Positions 1 through 12,075 of a stretch of 64,000 nt of DNA are shown here, piece after piece. The notes below the pieces were generated by a model. It was given only the letters and a program-made list of their open reading frames with translations. It did not search any database and was not told the origin of the DNA. Both the position numbers and the translations under genes were made by a program. The stretch lies in NCBI RefSeq assembly GCF_009914755.1, contig NC_060939.1. One strand, given 5' to 3'. Origin of the DNA: the human T2T-CHM13v2.0 reference genome, Homo sapiens. The number at the start of each line of letters is the position of its first letter. Within the stretch, counting starts at the first letter, position 1.

Positions 1-42
1 GTGCCCCTGAACTTAAAATAAAAGTTGAAATAAATAAATAAA
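1..42 (+). mobile_element. L1 (L1PA/L1PB-type) extreme 3' end and A-rich tail, cut by the window edge
   Basis: 'cccctgaacttaaaataaaagttgaaataaataaataaa' matches the primate L1 3' terminus. Confidence 0.6.
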
Positions 43-184
43 GATGGTTTTAGTAACAGTATCTTAAGAACACTAGAGAGTCATATTATCCAGGTCTTAT
101 CAGGGGACCCAGATGGGATCACCAGGTTGTCAGTACAAGGAGACTAGCATGCAAAGGGAGAGGCAAGATGTTTATAAAGTACCT

Positions 185-330
185 CTTATTGAGTGTACAC
201 CTCAAAAACACCAGGCCAAATGATGTATATGCATTACCTAATTTAATACAACACATCTACAAGGCAAGTACTATGGAGATAGCCACTTTAGAGCTGAGAA
301 AACTGAGATACTGGGTTCTCCAAGGTCTTC
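185..330 (-). mobile_element. MIR SINE fragment
   Basis: 'ttattgag...atttaat...ccactttagagctgagaaaactgag' resembles the reverse-strand MIR core. Confidence 0.5.
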
Positions 331-674
331 ATCACAGTCCAACTCTGGAGCACATGCTGCTAGCTCCTGTGACAGGATAAATATAAGGAGCAGAACTACA
401 AATCAAGCCTGTGATATAATAGGTATAATGTCGATTGGGCAGATGGAAGAAGAGATAATGCAGAAATTTCAGCTACATAAGTCAAGAGACAGCCAGGCAC
501 TAGCAGGTAGAACCAGGCAGCTCAGGAGCTCACTGCATGGACACTGGCACCTGGCAGGATTGTGCTGTTGGTTTCAGGACCAAGGGCAACTTCTCAAAGG
601 GACCAAGCTGGGCTAGAAAAATGGGCACATTCTAAATGTAATTTACAATCTATGTTTTTGAAACTGAAAAACAC

Positions 675-1515
675 TTTCTCAAAAAGAAAACTTTAACACA
701 GATCGTACAAATGACCAACGAGCACATAAAGAGATGCTTAATACCATTAACCATTAGGGAAATGCAAATCAAAACCACAGTGAGATACTTCACACACACT
801 TAGATAACTACCAAAATAATGGACAATAGCAAGTGTTGGAAGGGATGTGGAGAAATTGGAACCCTAGGAAACTGCTAGCAGGAACGTGAAATGGTCCAGC
901 CACCATGGAAAGCAATTTGATGGCTCCTCAATGAGCCCAGTAGAGAATTTCCATATGACCTAGGAACTCCACTCCTGGGTATATTCCCCAAGGAACTGGA
1001 AACTGGTGTTCAAATAAAAACATTCACAAAAATGCTCATGTTAGCACTATTCACAGTAGCAAAATAATGAAAACAACTCAGATGTTCATCAACTCATGAA
1101 GGAATTTTTTAACATGTGACATATTCATGGAATGGAATACTATTCAACCATAAAAAGGAATGAAATTTTGATACATGCTACAAGGTGAATGAACTTCGAT
1201 TGAAAACATTTATTGTAAGTAGAAGCAGTGAGACATAGAAGGTTATGTATATGGCATAATTCCATTTATATGAAACATAAAAAGTAGAGTTGGCAAATCC
1301 ACACAGACAGAAAGCAGATTAGTGGTTGCCACGGGCTGGTGGAAGAGGGAAAATGAAGAGTAACTGCTTAATGGGTTTGGGGTTTCCTTTTGGGGTGGTG
1401 AAAATGTTCTCGTGGTGATGGTTGCATCACAACATGGTAAATGCAGTTAGTGTCACGGATGGTAAATTTTATGTTATATGTATTTTACCACAATTTAAAA
1501 AACAGAAAAAGAAAA
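675..1515 (+). mobile_element. L1M (L1MB-like) 3' fragment: degenerate ORF2 C-terminus and 3' UTR
   Basis: 'cattagggaaatgcaaatcaaaaccacagtgagatac', 'ggatgtggagaaattggaaccc', 'aaagcagattagtggttgcc', ending 'tattttaccacaatttaaaaaa'. Confidence 0.9.
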
Positions 1516-3513
1516 CCTTTATGAAAGCTCTATATGGAAAACTGATAAAAGCAGGGTAGCGCTGGTGAAATCTGGCATCGACAGGAACCCTGGAGCCATT
1601 CTTCTTCCAGCTTCCCTGGACACACTGTCGTTAGAACAGAGAAAGCCAAGTTTACTTATCTAACCCATAACACGCAGCTCTGAAGAAAAGCAGAACTGAA
1701 ATTTCTCTGTTGTCACACGGAAGTGCCAGCTACACTTTGAGCCAAATGCTAAGGGAAAGTTTTCAAAAGTTCAAATTTATAGAAGCCACACTAGGAATTT
1801 TAATTTGCATGGAAAAACGAGAAACAAGCCTCTTAAAAACAAACAAACAAAGCCTATGGGAATGTTTCCAGTTATTTTTTAAGTCTTTAGTGATAGAAAA
1901 CATTAGCCAAACTTTCCCCTGTTGACTCTCATGGAAAAAAAAAAATGTCAAAAAAAGGGTCTTACTTTGTAGCATACATGGCCATTTTTCATCAGTTTTG
2001 CAAAGCCAGGTTCTACCTTTTCATTTAACTTTGGGGATGTGTCTCTTAACCAAAATCTAACTTTTCAAGGTGCTTCATTCATTGCTTTAAAAGTTCCTTC
2101 AGGTGGTGGTGTCATCTTTTTGTCCACTTATTTGTTGGGAAGTCATCTACTGGTGTCCTAAGCCAGGATTCAGCATTACTCTCAGCCTTGCAAATGAATT
2201 AACGGGTGACCATCTCGCTATCTCTACACTAGAAACAGACTTGAACATACTCACCTCTTTCAGTCCTAATCTCTTCTTTCCTTCCTCCCAATTCACAGTT
2301 GCCTGCAACTGGTTCCGAGTGCCCATGTGTGGGCATCTCCACCGAGGGAGGGAGGCATGGGGTGAGGTCCTTTCTTCCTCTTTAAGGAGTGGATTTTCTC
2401 AAGAGCAACGTGGGAAGTTCTACATTAATGTTGAAGCTGAGCTTTCTTGCCACTGTGTGTGTGGCACAGGAAACAGGCTCTCCACATGATGGTAAGAAGC
2501 CTTAAACCCAGATTACGGCACCTTTCTCTCTGGAGTGCTCTTTTTGGGTAGAGGGTAAAAGGTCATCCTCTCAGACTGGATAGTTGTTCTCAGCCAATTA
2601 CATGATCTCCGTGCTTCTACAAAAGGGATCTTTGAAACTGCATCAAAAGATTTTATGCAACTGATTTACAAAAAGCACAATTAAGTAGATGGAAGCATTA
2701 TTCAAGACCATCTGGTGGAAGAGGTAGCATATTTAAAATTCTAGTATAATTATTAGCGGCAAAAAAGATTGTTTTAAATGACGAGCTATCCATTATCTGT
2801 CATACTCTGGTAGACTACATAGCTCCATTTATTCCATCAAGGTCCCAAAATAAAAAGATGTAAACATGGTACCATTGGAATGCTAGAACTCAAGAAATCT
2901 ACATGTAGAGACGAAGCTCAGGAGAGAAGCTATGGATGGCCTTGAACTCCCAATTACAAATCTTTATTTTCTGTGTTTCACTGGAAGCATTAAAACTGCT
3001 TCAATGGAAAAGAAATCAGATTTATATTCTTTTTTCTTTTTCTTTTCTCTGGGCATCATTGAAACCAAGGACGGTGCCTTGCTGGGATTTTTCTTATCCT
3101 TGAAGGGCAATTGTCAAGCATAAGTCTCCAGCGTCAGAAGGTGTTGAGTCAGTGTGTTTCTGTGTCAAGGACTGCAGACCCAGTTGCACTTCCAAAATGC
3201 CCTCCTTCAGCTTTAACATAGTCAGAGGTGATTTAGGTCAACACTTGTGCCATGATCAGTAAGTTTATCCGCAACTAATACTTGGTTACCCCGAGGTTGT
3301 TTAGAGTATTACATACAGTTTTTAACAAATCCCTGCTCTTTTTTCTACATGGAAATAATAATCTTGTTGAGAGAGAAACCTTTTTGACAAACAGAATTGG
3401 AAAATTGGAAATAAACGTTCATTTTTGGAAATATATTCACTCTATCACCTTTGTTATCTCATCACATATGAAAACAATCACTTTCTTCTAAAACATGCCC
3501 TAGCAACTTTTAA

Positions 3514-3897
<384 letters not shown>

Positions 3898-4664
3898 TAA
3901 TCATTCATTTGGTTTACACATGTTGATTGAGAATTTATTTTAAGGTCTCGGTCACCCCAGTGAAGCAGAGCAATGGGGAACTGGCCTAGAAGAAGCCATG
4001 AAGTAGAATCATAAAGTACAAACAGCAGAAGACTCCAATAACAGAAGAGGGTAAAAATAAAGGGACTTAAGTTCTTCACATATTTTCAATTTAAACATCC
4101 AAAAGAGGTCAAATTATACCTATGGGTTTGAAAAACAATATTTTAATGGGAAATTTCCAGGGTAGAGTCCTATGCATCTAATGTCACCCCAAACACAGAA
4201 AGGCAGATAATTGGAGCTGGGAGGGTAGGAACAGAAATGGTCTCATACTTCCTTGTAAGCTCAGCTCTTAAACAAATTAAAGTACACTAAAGTATCACTT
4301 CAGAAAACAGAGATGTAGTATGTCTATTAATCATTTTTTTAATGAAGTGGCCTGAGGACCTACACTTATTCCTTCCAAAGAAGCCACAAAAAGGCAAAAT
4401 CCTTGATCCTGTTTTGATCATGGAATGTTTGCTCTGAAAACTTTTACAAATAGCTTGCTCACTTTACTCCTCACCTAAATCTTCGAGAAAACAGATATTT
4501 GAGAAAAAAAAAATCTCAGTGATTTTCATATAGTATGAGCCAATCTTTCACCACATGCAAACACAAAGAACAACAATAACTGTGTTCACGCGTTCCAAGT
4601 CTTTGCTGATTCAGTGCCCAGCTCGTGCTAGGTGTGGGTCTGGGCTCAAGAGTTAAGCCTTGGT

Positions 4665-4984
<320 letters not shown>

Positions 4985-4995
4985 TTAAGCCCTGG

Positions 4996-5420
4996 ACAGA
5001 AACCTGCGTGGAATGTGGCAGGCCCAGGGAATATCCAGGGAAGAACATTTTGGACAAAGGGGACACTACAAGCAATGACTCTGCTCATTCATCCAAGCAG
5101 GAGGGTGAAAAGCGAGTTTGAGTAACAGAAAGGTGGTAGGGCCACAGCAGAGTGAGCGAGGTAGGAGGGTGAGGAAAGGCTCCCAGAAAGTGAAAGGAAA
5201 CTGAGTCAGAGCCAAACATGAAAAACATTATGATGCTAATGGAAAGATTTGTTTGTAAAAATTCCTTTTTCTAAGTGAGATGAGAAGCTTGAGCAAGGTG
5301 AGAAATAGGAGTGGTTTTAGTAACAGAGTAACAGGATTCCAGAACAAATACTTACGAAGGATTGCAGGGTTCTAAGCGTGAGACGGTGGTGGTGGATTGG
5401 ACCAGAATCACAAGGAAATA
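4996..5420 (-). mobile_element. L2 fragment
   Basis: 'gggaagaacattttggacaaagggg', 'cagagtgagcgagg', 'gagacggtggtggtggattggaccag' follow the reverse-strand L2 consensus order. Confidence 0.6.
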
Positions 5421-6199
5421 CCTCCAAAAGGCCTGCAGTTTCTTCCTGCTCCACTAAATGGTCTTGAAGTGAATAAAAAGAATTGCATAGGGCTAATGAG
5501 AAAACGTGGTAAGTATTTTGGAATTCAGTGCCATCTGCACAAAATCCCAGCCAAAGGGGTTCCCCACTGCCCCACCCCAGTTCAGTGACCCCACACATAA
5601 CTGAGAAAGTGGGCAAACAGCTTGGCTCCAATTTCCTTATGTAGGAAGATTAATATTACATGAGTCAATGAATCTTCACTTCTCAAATTTGCCACAAATG
5701 AAAGAACTTCCTCTGCCCCCTCAAAACATCTGGATGCTGCCTGCTGGGGCCTCAAATCCAAGTGAAAACATCTGGGTGTCAGTGAAAAGGTAGAAACGGG
5801 TGGCATCTAAATAGGATTTTGAAAAGTTACTCAAATAACAGCGTTTTGTTGTTGTTGTTTTTAAGTTCAGCCCTGTGCTGTGTAAATCTACAGTGTACTT
5901 AGACGGGCTTGTGTATTTTTTCACTCATCAGCACTGCCCACATTATGGGAAAGAGATAAGGCTTGAGGAGAAAGAAATGTAGCTATGTACGTAAGCATGC
6001 CTTTCTCAGTTCATCCGACTGTTAACTACTGTTCAGTAGTTAACATGTTCATGTTCATGCAGCCCTTTTTGTTCTTTCTGCTTCGGGTAGTCAGGTTCCC
6101 CTCTGTGACTCTGGAAATCTGGAATCCGTGGGCAATTCTGGCCCTAGCCACTTGGAACTCCCACTCTGCATGCTTTTTGTATGACTGCCTTTCACTCAG

Positions 6200-6220
6200 G
6201 AGGTTCGAAAAATAGAAGCA
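6200..6220 (+). other. Candidate 21-nt cassette microexon (EVRKIEA if phase 0), host gene unknown
   Basis: tgcctttcactcag|GAGGTTCGAAAAATAGAAGCA|gtatgc; length is a multiple of 3; TGCATG at 6167, 6224, 6264 and 6504. Confidence 0.3.
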
Positions 6221-6689
6221 GTATGCATGCGGGAGAAATGTGTGCGTTAGTCATTTTATTCAGTGCATGCTATGTTGTCATCGCTGTCAAACGTAATAAA
6301 AGTGCAGCTAAAACACTTAACCACATATTGATCTGCTCCCACGTCTCCTGTAGTGAGCTTAAAGTAACAGAGCCCCCTCCTTATTCCCCCTGCGCTTTAA
6401 TGCACAGGGTAGTGAGCTTCCTGTAACTGTTTATTTTGGAAACAGTTGAGGAAGCATCGACCTCAAACTTTCCCATTGTTCAGCTATTGCCATATAAATC
6501 CCTTGCATGAACTGAAATTTCTTATAAGAAATGTTAAGATGAACTTGGGTGGCTTGGTTCAAGGCTGGTTTGTTATTAGTAGGATTCTTCTTATTATTAT
6601 TAGCATTATGAGTTTTGGTCATAAGTATTTTTTTTCTCTTTTAGACCATAAACTTTCAGCTCTTATTACTAGTAACTGGAATGAGAGCC

Positions 6690-6930
6690 ACCATACACTG
6701 AATGCTCACTACATTATAAAAACACTATGCTGAGGATTTTCCATACCTGCTTGTTTAAATTTGTGTCACATACCACCTCTACGGAAATATTATCTGTATT
6801 TTACAAAGAAGGAAGCTGAGGCTCAGTTGAGAAAGAAAGAGAGGGAAAGTGACCGGCTCACAATCACTCTGAGAAAACATAAATCCATGACTGATTAATT
6901 CTGAAGCTCATATTCTTAACCACTTTACTA
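6690..6930 (-). mobile_element. MIR SINE
   Basis: 'attttacaaagaaggaagctgaggctcag' core and 'tcttaaccact' end. Confidence 0.7.
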
Positions 6931-6959
6931 GGTTGCAGGTTCATGTCTAGAATTGGGAA

Positions 6960-7475
6960 GACATCTTCCTGCTGGATTGATGCGTATGCTTGAAAGCAAA
7001 GCTAATCTTCACTGTGACCCACAGTCACAATCTGGAAATCGGGACTCAAATTCCCAGCCTCCCTTGCATCTTCCCAACGTGCCACCTGCAGGATACATAC
7101 CGTGAGAGCTGGATTCAGACACCTGGTGGAGTTTCCATTTTGTTGGTAGGGGTAGCCACATTAGCCACCAGCTTTGGGTTGCAAAGTTGAGTTCTCCAGG
7201 CAGGCTTGGCTTCCATCAGTGCAGAGAACAGCAGTGACTGTAGAAAAATTCTCAGTCCTCTGTTCAATAAAGCAGCAATGACAACTGTCTCTTCATGTCA
7301 GTGTCACGGTTTGGGGGCATGTTTTGGGATATGTTTCTGGAAGCTTAGCCTTAAATCTGTTTCTCTAGTTCCCCAGTGATGCTATAAGCTATTTAATTTT
7401 CTTTATTAAACCTCTTTTCCCTTTAACCTAGCTGAAGTGGAGTCTGTTGTTTGCAACTTAGACAACACAGACAGG
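6960..7475 (+). mobile_element. ERVL solo LTR (LTR33/LTR16-like)
   Basis: 'ttcccagcctcccttgca' and 3' end 'attaaacctcttttcc...ctagctgaagtggagtctgttgtttgcaactta'. Confidence 0.7.
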
Positions 7476-8587
7476 GAACACAAATAGAGGAAATGTATAT
7501 ATTTCTTTACTCGCAACTGTTTCTCTAGTGAGCTGTAATTTTATGCCATCACTAGCACCCTACAGGAACTATCTCACTCCCCGTGGGAATGGATGAGGCT
7601 ATTCTGTGTGAAAAATATTCACCTTTTCCTGCTCTGACATGGGAGTAGGAAAGCAGAATCTTAGGGCAGTGAAGAGCTCCTCTACTTGGGCGAAAAGGAA
7701 GCTTTCTCAAAGAAGCCCATCCACAATGGATACAGACGTGTTCTGTTATTGGCAGGCTTGAAAACATCATTCTTTACAATCATGCCCAACTCCCTGGGAG
7801 TGAAAAAGCTGAATTGTACACAGGGGTTTCCCGCTTTCTTCGAGTTGTGTTTACTTCTCTCTACTGATTCCACACATTTCCAGATAAATTTAGGCTCCAT
7901 TTCATCTCAATAAAGCAAAATCTGTTCAACTATGTCAACAAGTAGAAAAGCTTTCTACTCAAATGTTATTTTTGTCCAGGAACACAGGATGAGGACCAGA
8001 ACAGAAGAGGTGAGGTATGTGGCAATCTTGACCCAAATAGAAATCTGAGATAACCCAACCCCAGCTTATGCAAAAGGGTACAGGCAGATAGCACAGTATT
8101 TCAGGCTCAATGGGGAGCAGCCAGCAGTCAGAGGTGTGGGCTGATAGGTGGGTTAACAGGTGAGCATGCCAGAAGAAGGGCTCGAGTCCAATATAGGTCA
8201 GCAGGCAGCAGGGCGTGATCCAGGAGCCCTGACAGGCAGGTGTTGGGCCTTTTCCTCTCCTTCTGGAAGAAGTTGAATTGAACACAGTTAAACAATACTT
8301 CAATTTAAGATAGTGACGCAAATTCATTCAAGCAAGAGAAAGTTAGATGCCTTACAAATTCACACCTCTTTTTGGTCCTAAGGGAACCACGTACCCTTAT
8401 ACATTTGCTCTTACTACCCCAGACTTGACAAACTCTTGTAAAAGTTTTGTAGAGTGATCTTCTGCTTTTCCTAGTCTGTGTTCTTAAAAAACAAGACTGG
8501 ATACTTGACAAACTGGAATTTCTAGACTCCCTTAGGGTAATTCCAAACCATGGTAGGTATGCTAAATTCCAGCATCCCCACCATATA

Positions 8588-8614
8588 TTTTTTGTTTGTT
8601 TGTTTGTTTGTTTT
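8588..8614. repeat. (TTTG)n microsatellite
   Basis: ttttttgtttgtttgtttgtttgtttt. Confidence 0.9.
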
Positions 8615-8909
8615 CCTGTTAACACCCAACAAGCAGAAATCCAGCCCTAGAGGCAGCAACATAAAATACAATGGAAGTCTCAGAGTGGAATACAGAAGAT
8701 AAGGTAACATAATTGTCTGTTTTTGTCAAAAAAAGTAAATATGCAGGTATATAAATATACCTGTATTGTATGTTATTTTTTACAGAAGTGAAACAACAGA
8801 CCAACAAAATTTCTAAATACTTCAAATTTCCATTCCTATCCTATCTCCTCCAAACGCACTCATGCTATGTATGTTCACATTTCTGATGAAACAACAAAAA
8901 TGAATGCTT

Positions 8910-9340
8910 TCTGATCCAATAACTCTACTTCTAAGGATTCCACTGAAGCAGGGGAAAACCTTTTAGGCAGCCAAAATATATATGCAAGATTATTTATAAT
9001 AGCAGCAACTGAAAATAACCTATAGGTCCAGGAATAGGGGAATTATTAATCTGGGTTATGGAAAACTATAATAAATACTTATAATAAAATTATGTAAAGA
9101 CGATAAATGAAAAATTTAAAGAATATTTGAGAGTGAAAAAATGTTTATCAAGTTAAGAGTAGCATTCAAATCTGCATGACAGTTATCCTAATCATGTGTG
9201 TATTTATACACTTTTTTCCTTAACAAAATTTATGTGTATTAATAAAAAAGGCTGGAAGGAATAATGTCAAAAATATTTGCAGTAATGAAATTTTCGATAA
9301 TTTTTTATTCCCTTCTTCATAGTTTTCCCAATCTTCTTTA
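8910..9340 (+). mobile_element. Old L1ME-type 3' fragment
   Basis: 'tgatccaataactctacttctaaggatt', 'ttatttataatagc...aaaataacct...aataggggaatt'. Confidence 0.5.
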
Positions 9341-9769
9341 GTATTATATAATATATAATTATATTAACATATAATATCATACTATGTTACTATATATTAT
9401 ATTACCTTCCAAAGGTAAAAGAAACCTATTTGCTCTAAGGAAATCCTACTGCAGGGTTAGATGAGCTAGAAATTACCGCTTGCATTCCTGACAACCTCAG
9501 TTCTCAATAATTAATCCCTGTTGCAATTTCTGCAAACCCCCCTTGGGTAAAGATGTTCATTTTTTTGTGGAGCTGTCTTGTTTGCTGTGTGTTTTCCACG
9601 ACAGCCTCTGTGCCTTCTACTTCCAAACAAAAACCCTGGGAATTGGGTCGTACAATAGAAAAGAATATTTGAAATAATTACCACCCTAGAAAATCGGATA
9701 CCTCTAAGAATTTAGTTTCAATGAAGTTATTTAAGAAGATAAAAAGAAAGTCGCTGCTGCAGCTGCTGA

Positions 9770-9895
9770 GCTTTGTGGCAGTCTTGTTATCTATAACATG
9801 AGGAAATAATATCTATCTCTTCTCAGGGTTAGGGGGAAAAAGATAGTAAGATCATTGTATGTAAAGTCCATAACAATGTCTGGCAATAGATAATT
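9770..9895 (+). mobile_element. MIR fragment
   Basis: 'atctataacatgaggaaataata...tgtatgtaaagt...aacaatgtctggca'. Confidence 0.5.
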
Positions 9896-10019
9896 TTTAA
9901 AAGTTAAAAGTTTATCTTCTATTGGGATAGTTAGTACCTAGAAGGCAGGGTGTTTGAAGGGAGGAAAGTAATGCCTGTGTATGGTAATACCAAGACAATG
10001 AACACGGAACCACAGAGGG

Positions 10020-10205
10020 GCAGCAGCCTGCTTGGATGTGAATTTCCTCCTTGTGATGCCTTGACCAGGTTACCTAATTTCTCCATACCTCAGTTTCCCC
10101 ATTTGTAAAGTAGAGCTGATAACATTTCTTGCGTCAGAAGGTTGTTATGAGGATTATGCCAGGCATTTAGGACAACACCTAGCAAACAGGAATCACTGTA
10201 TAAGC
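10020..10205 (+). mobile_element. MIR SINE
   Basis: 'cctcagtttccccatttgtaaagtag...ggttgttatgaggatta'. Confidence 0.8.
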
Positions 10206-10889
10206 CAAGTTGAATGTCTGTTGTGACTTGTTCCACAATAACACAAATGGAATTGCCTAGGGTACAGCACTATTTGCTCTGCGAAGTCAGCTTGGACACC
10301 CGGAGTTAGATGCCTCCTGCACTGAACTTTCTGTACCCACAGTGGTTCTTTATGTACACACTAATTTCCTTGGACCTTAATTAATCTAGATCCTGATTGT
10401 GTCTTATCTTTGTGTCCTCAAAACCTGGCACCCTGATGTCCACACTAAATATTGAATGTCTTTAGAAACAGGCCACAACACTCATTGTGCATAGACAATG
10501 CATCTTATTCATGTTAGGTTGTTTTTGGTTTCTTCCCCCCACCACACACACAAAATGTACTCATTAGAGAGATTTTGGGAAAGAAGGTCACATTTTACCT
10601 CAAATATTGAAAGGTATTAATAAATCCACATTCCATATCTTATTTTTAATAAAATTATTAGGATTCTAGCAAGTAAAATTATATCACTTACTGGAATGAC
10701 TTTGCCTATTTAAAGAGACATTTCTATTATCCCAATTTGAGCTACTAAGAAACTATTTAAGCAGAAGCTATTGACCCAGCTATTTCTATGCTGCTAAGAG
10801 TAAAACTCTCTATACTTACAGCTCACAGCTTACTTTCTGGGTAGCAGGACTCCACAGGGAAACAATAAGGGCATCAACATCATGGAACT

Positions 10890-10990
10890 TACAAGCCTGG
10901 AGTCTTGGCTTCTGGGTCAGGTGACCTTGGGGAAGTCACTTCACTTTCCCAGGTATGATTTCCTTATTTGCCGAGCTAAAATAAGGCTGA
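10890..10990 (+). mobile_element. MIR/MIR3 fragment
   Basis: 'gtgaccttggggaagtcacttcact...tttccttatttg'. Confidence 0.55.
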
Positions 10991-11509
10991 CAAACCGGTC
11001 TACAATTCATAAAGCTGTAGTAGCACAGCAAAGACCCCTGAAAAATTCTGCCCTATTCGGAAATGGACAGTTAGCAGGGAACTGGCAAGCTGATGCCTGT
11101 AATTAAACGAGTAACTGAAGTTTATTTCTCTCGAAGTTTCTAGATGCTTCCAAGACGGTGCTGTCTGCCTAAATTTTTCTAAACAACTCGAAGCCATCCT
11201 TAAAGTGTTTGAGGAATGGACATTCTCAGGCAAAGTCGTTTCCAAGCCCCTTCGGCTCAGCACTGCACCGCAGATCACTGCTTTCTCAAATCAAAGGGGG
11301 CCCCCCTGCAGAGTTGGTTTACACCATTAAATTTCCTCCAATGTAAAGCCAGGAGAATTTTTCCAGGTGTTCGAATTCCTAGAGGTTGGGGAAAGTGCCG
11401 AGCTCTATATTAGAGCAATACCACGCTAGAGTGAAACACAAAGAACCTTTTTTATGGTGTTGCCCCCTCTGGAGATCTCTATTTAGGGGCTGCCTTGGCA
11501 GGGCCCACC

Positions 11510-12075
11510 AGACCGTCTGTCACTCTCCGCTGACACCGGCTGCCGGAGGAGGGCGGTCCCCGAGGCTCTCGTGCTGGCGGCAGCCCCGCGCTGGCCCCGG
11601 GCAAGCCTTGATCCGCCCTGCGCCACGTGGAAGGTGCCTGGACACGGGCTCAGCCGCAGGGGCCCCTAGTACCTCCATCGGGTCTCGTCCCCCACGGCGG
11701 GGTCAGAGGGCAAGTCACCGGCCAACCTCCTCCAGGAGCTCTGTTTAAGTGAGAAGCAAAAGAGATTCCAAGGAGAGCCACAGGTTGAAATCGGAGCGAA
11801 AGCCTGGGCTTCCCCGAGCCAGGTGAAGAAAGCTGGCAAGGTCACCCACTCAGTCACCAGGTGGTGCATTTAATTTAAAAGGAGTGTTAACCTTGTTTAT
11901 ACAAAATAACACCAATATGCAGAGAAGCAGTAAATCCATTGTCGTTAAACAGCGGGGAGCCGCTGGCGCTGGCAGCCTGCCCACCGGCGACGGTGAACCG
12001 GGCTGGCACCGAGCAGGGAGCCGGGCCTGCCAGCCTGTCCGCCTCGCGAGAGGAGGCCCGGGCTCGCCCTCTCTG
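11510..12075. promoter_or_regulatory. Small CpG island (orphan; enhancer or lncRNA promoter)
   Basis: About 39 CpGs counted by eye in about 560 bp against a CpG-depleted background; GC box at 11551, CCACGTGG at 11623-11630, CTCF-like motif at 11854-11867. Confidence 0.7.

Noticed and set aside
700-1200. L1 ORF2 C-terminal homology (REMQIKTT-like)
   Set aside because: Short, interrupted and heavily diverged; a fossil, not a CDS.
5994-6050. p53-like half-sites AAGCATGCCT and TAACATGTTC
   Set aside because: The half-sites are about 37 bp apart and not adjacent, so they do not form a canonical response element.
6185-6255. Minus-strand branch-point-like GACTAAC followed by a pyrimidine tract
   Set aside because: The first downstream AG is a poor GAG acceptor and no convincing donor follows; kept only as a caveat to the + strand microexon.
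11458-11476. Second CTCF-like motif (tgccccctctgg)
   Set aside because: Only the 3' half of the core matches; too weak to call.
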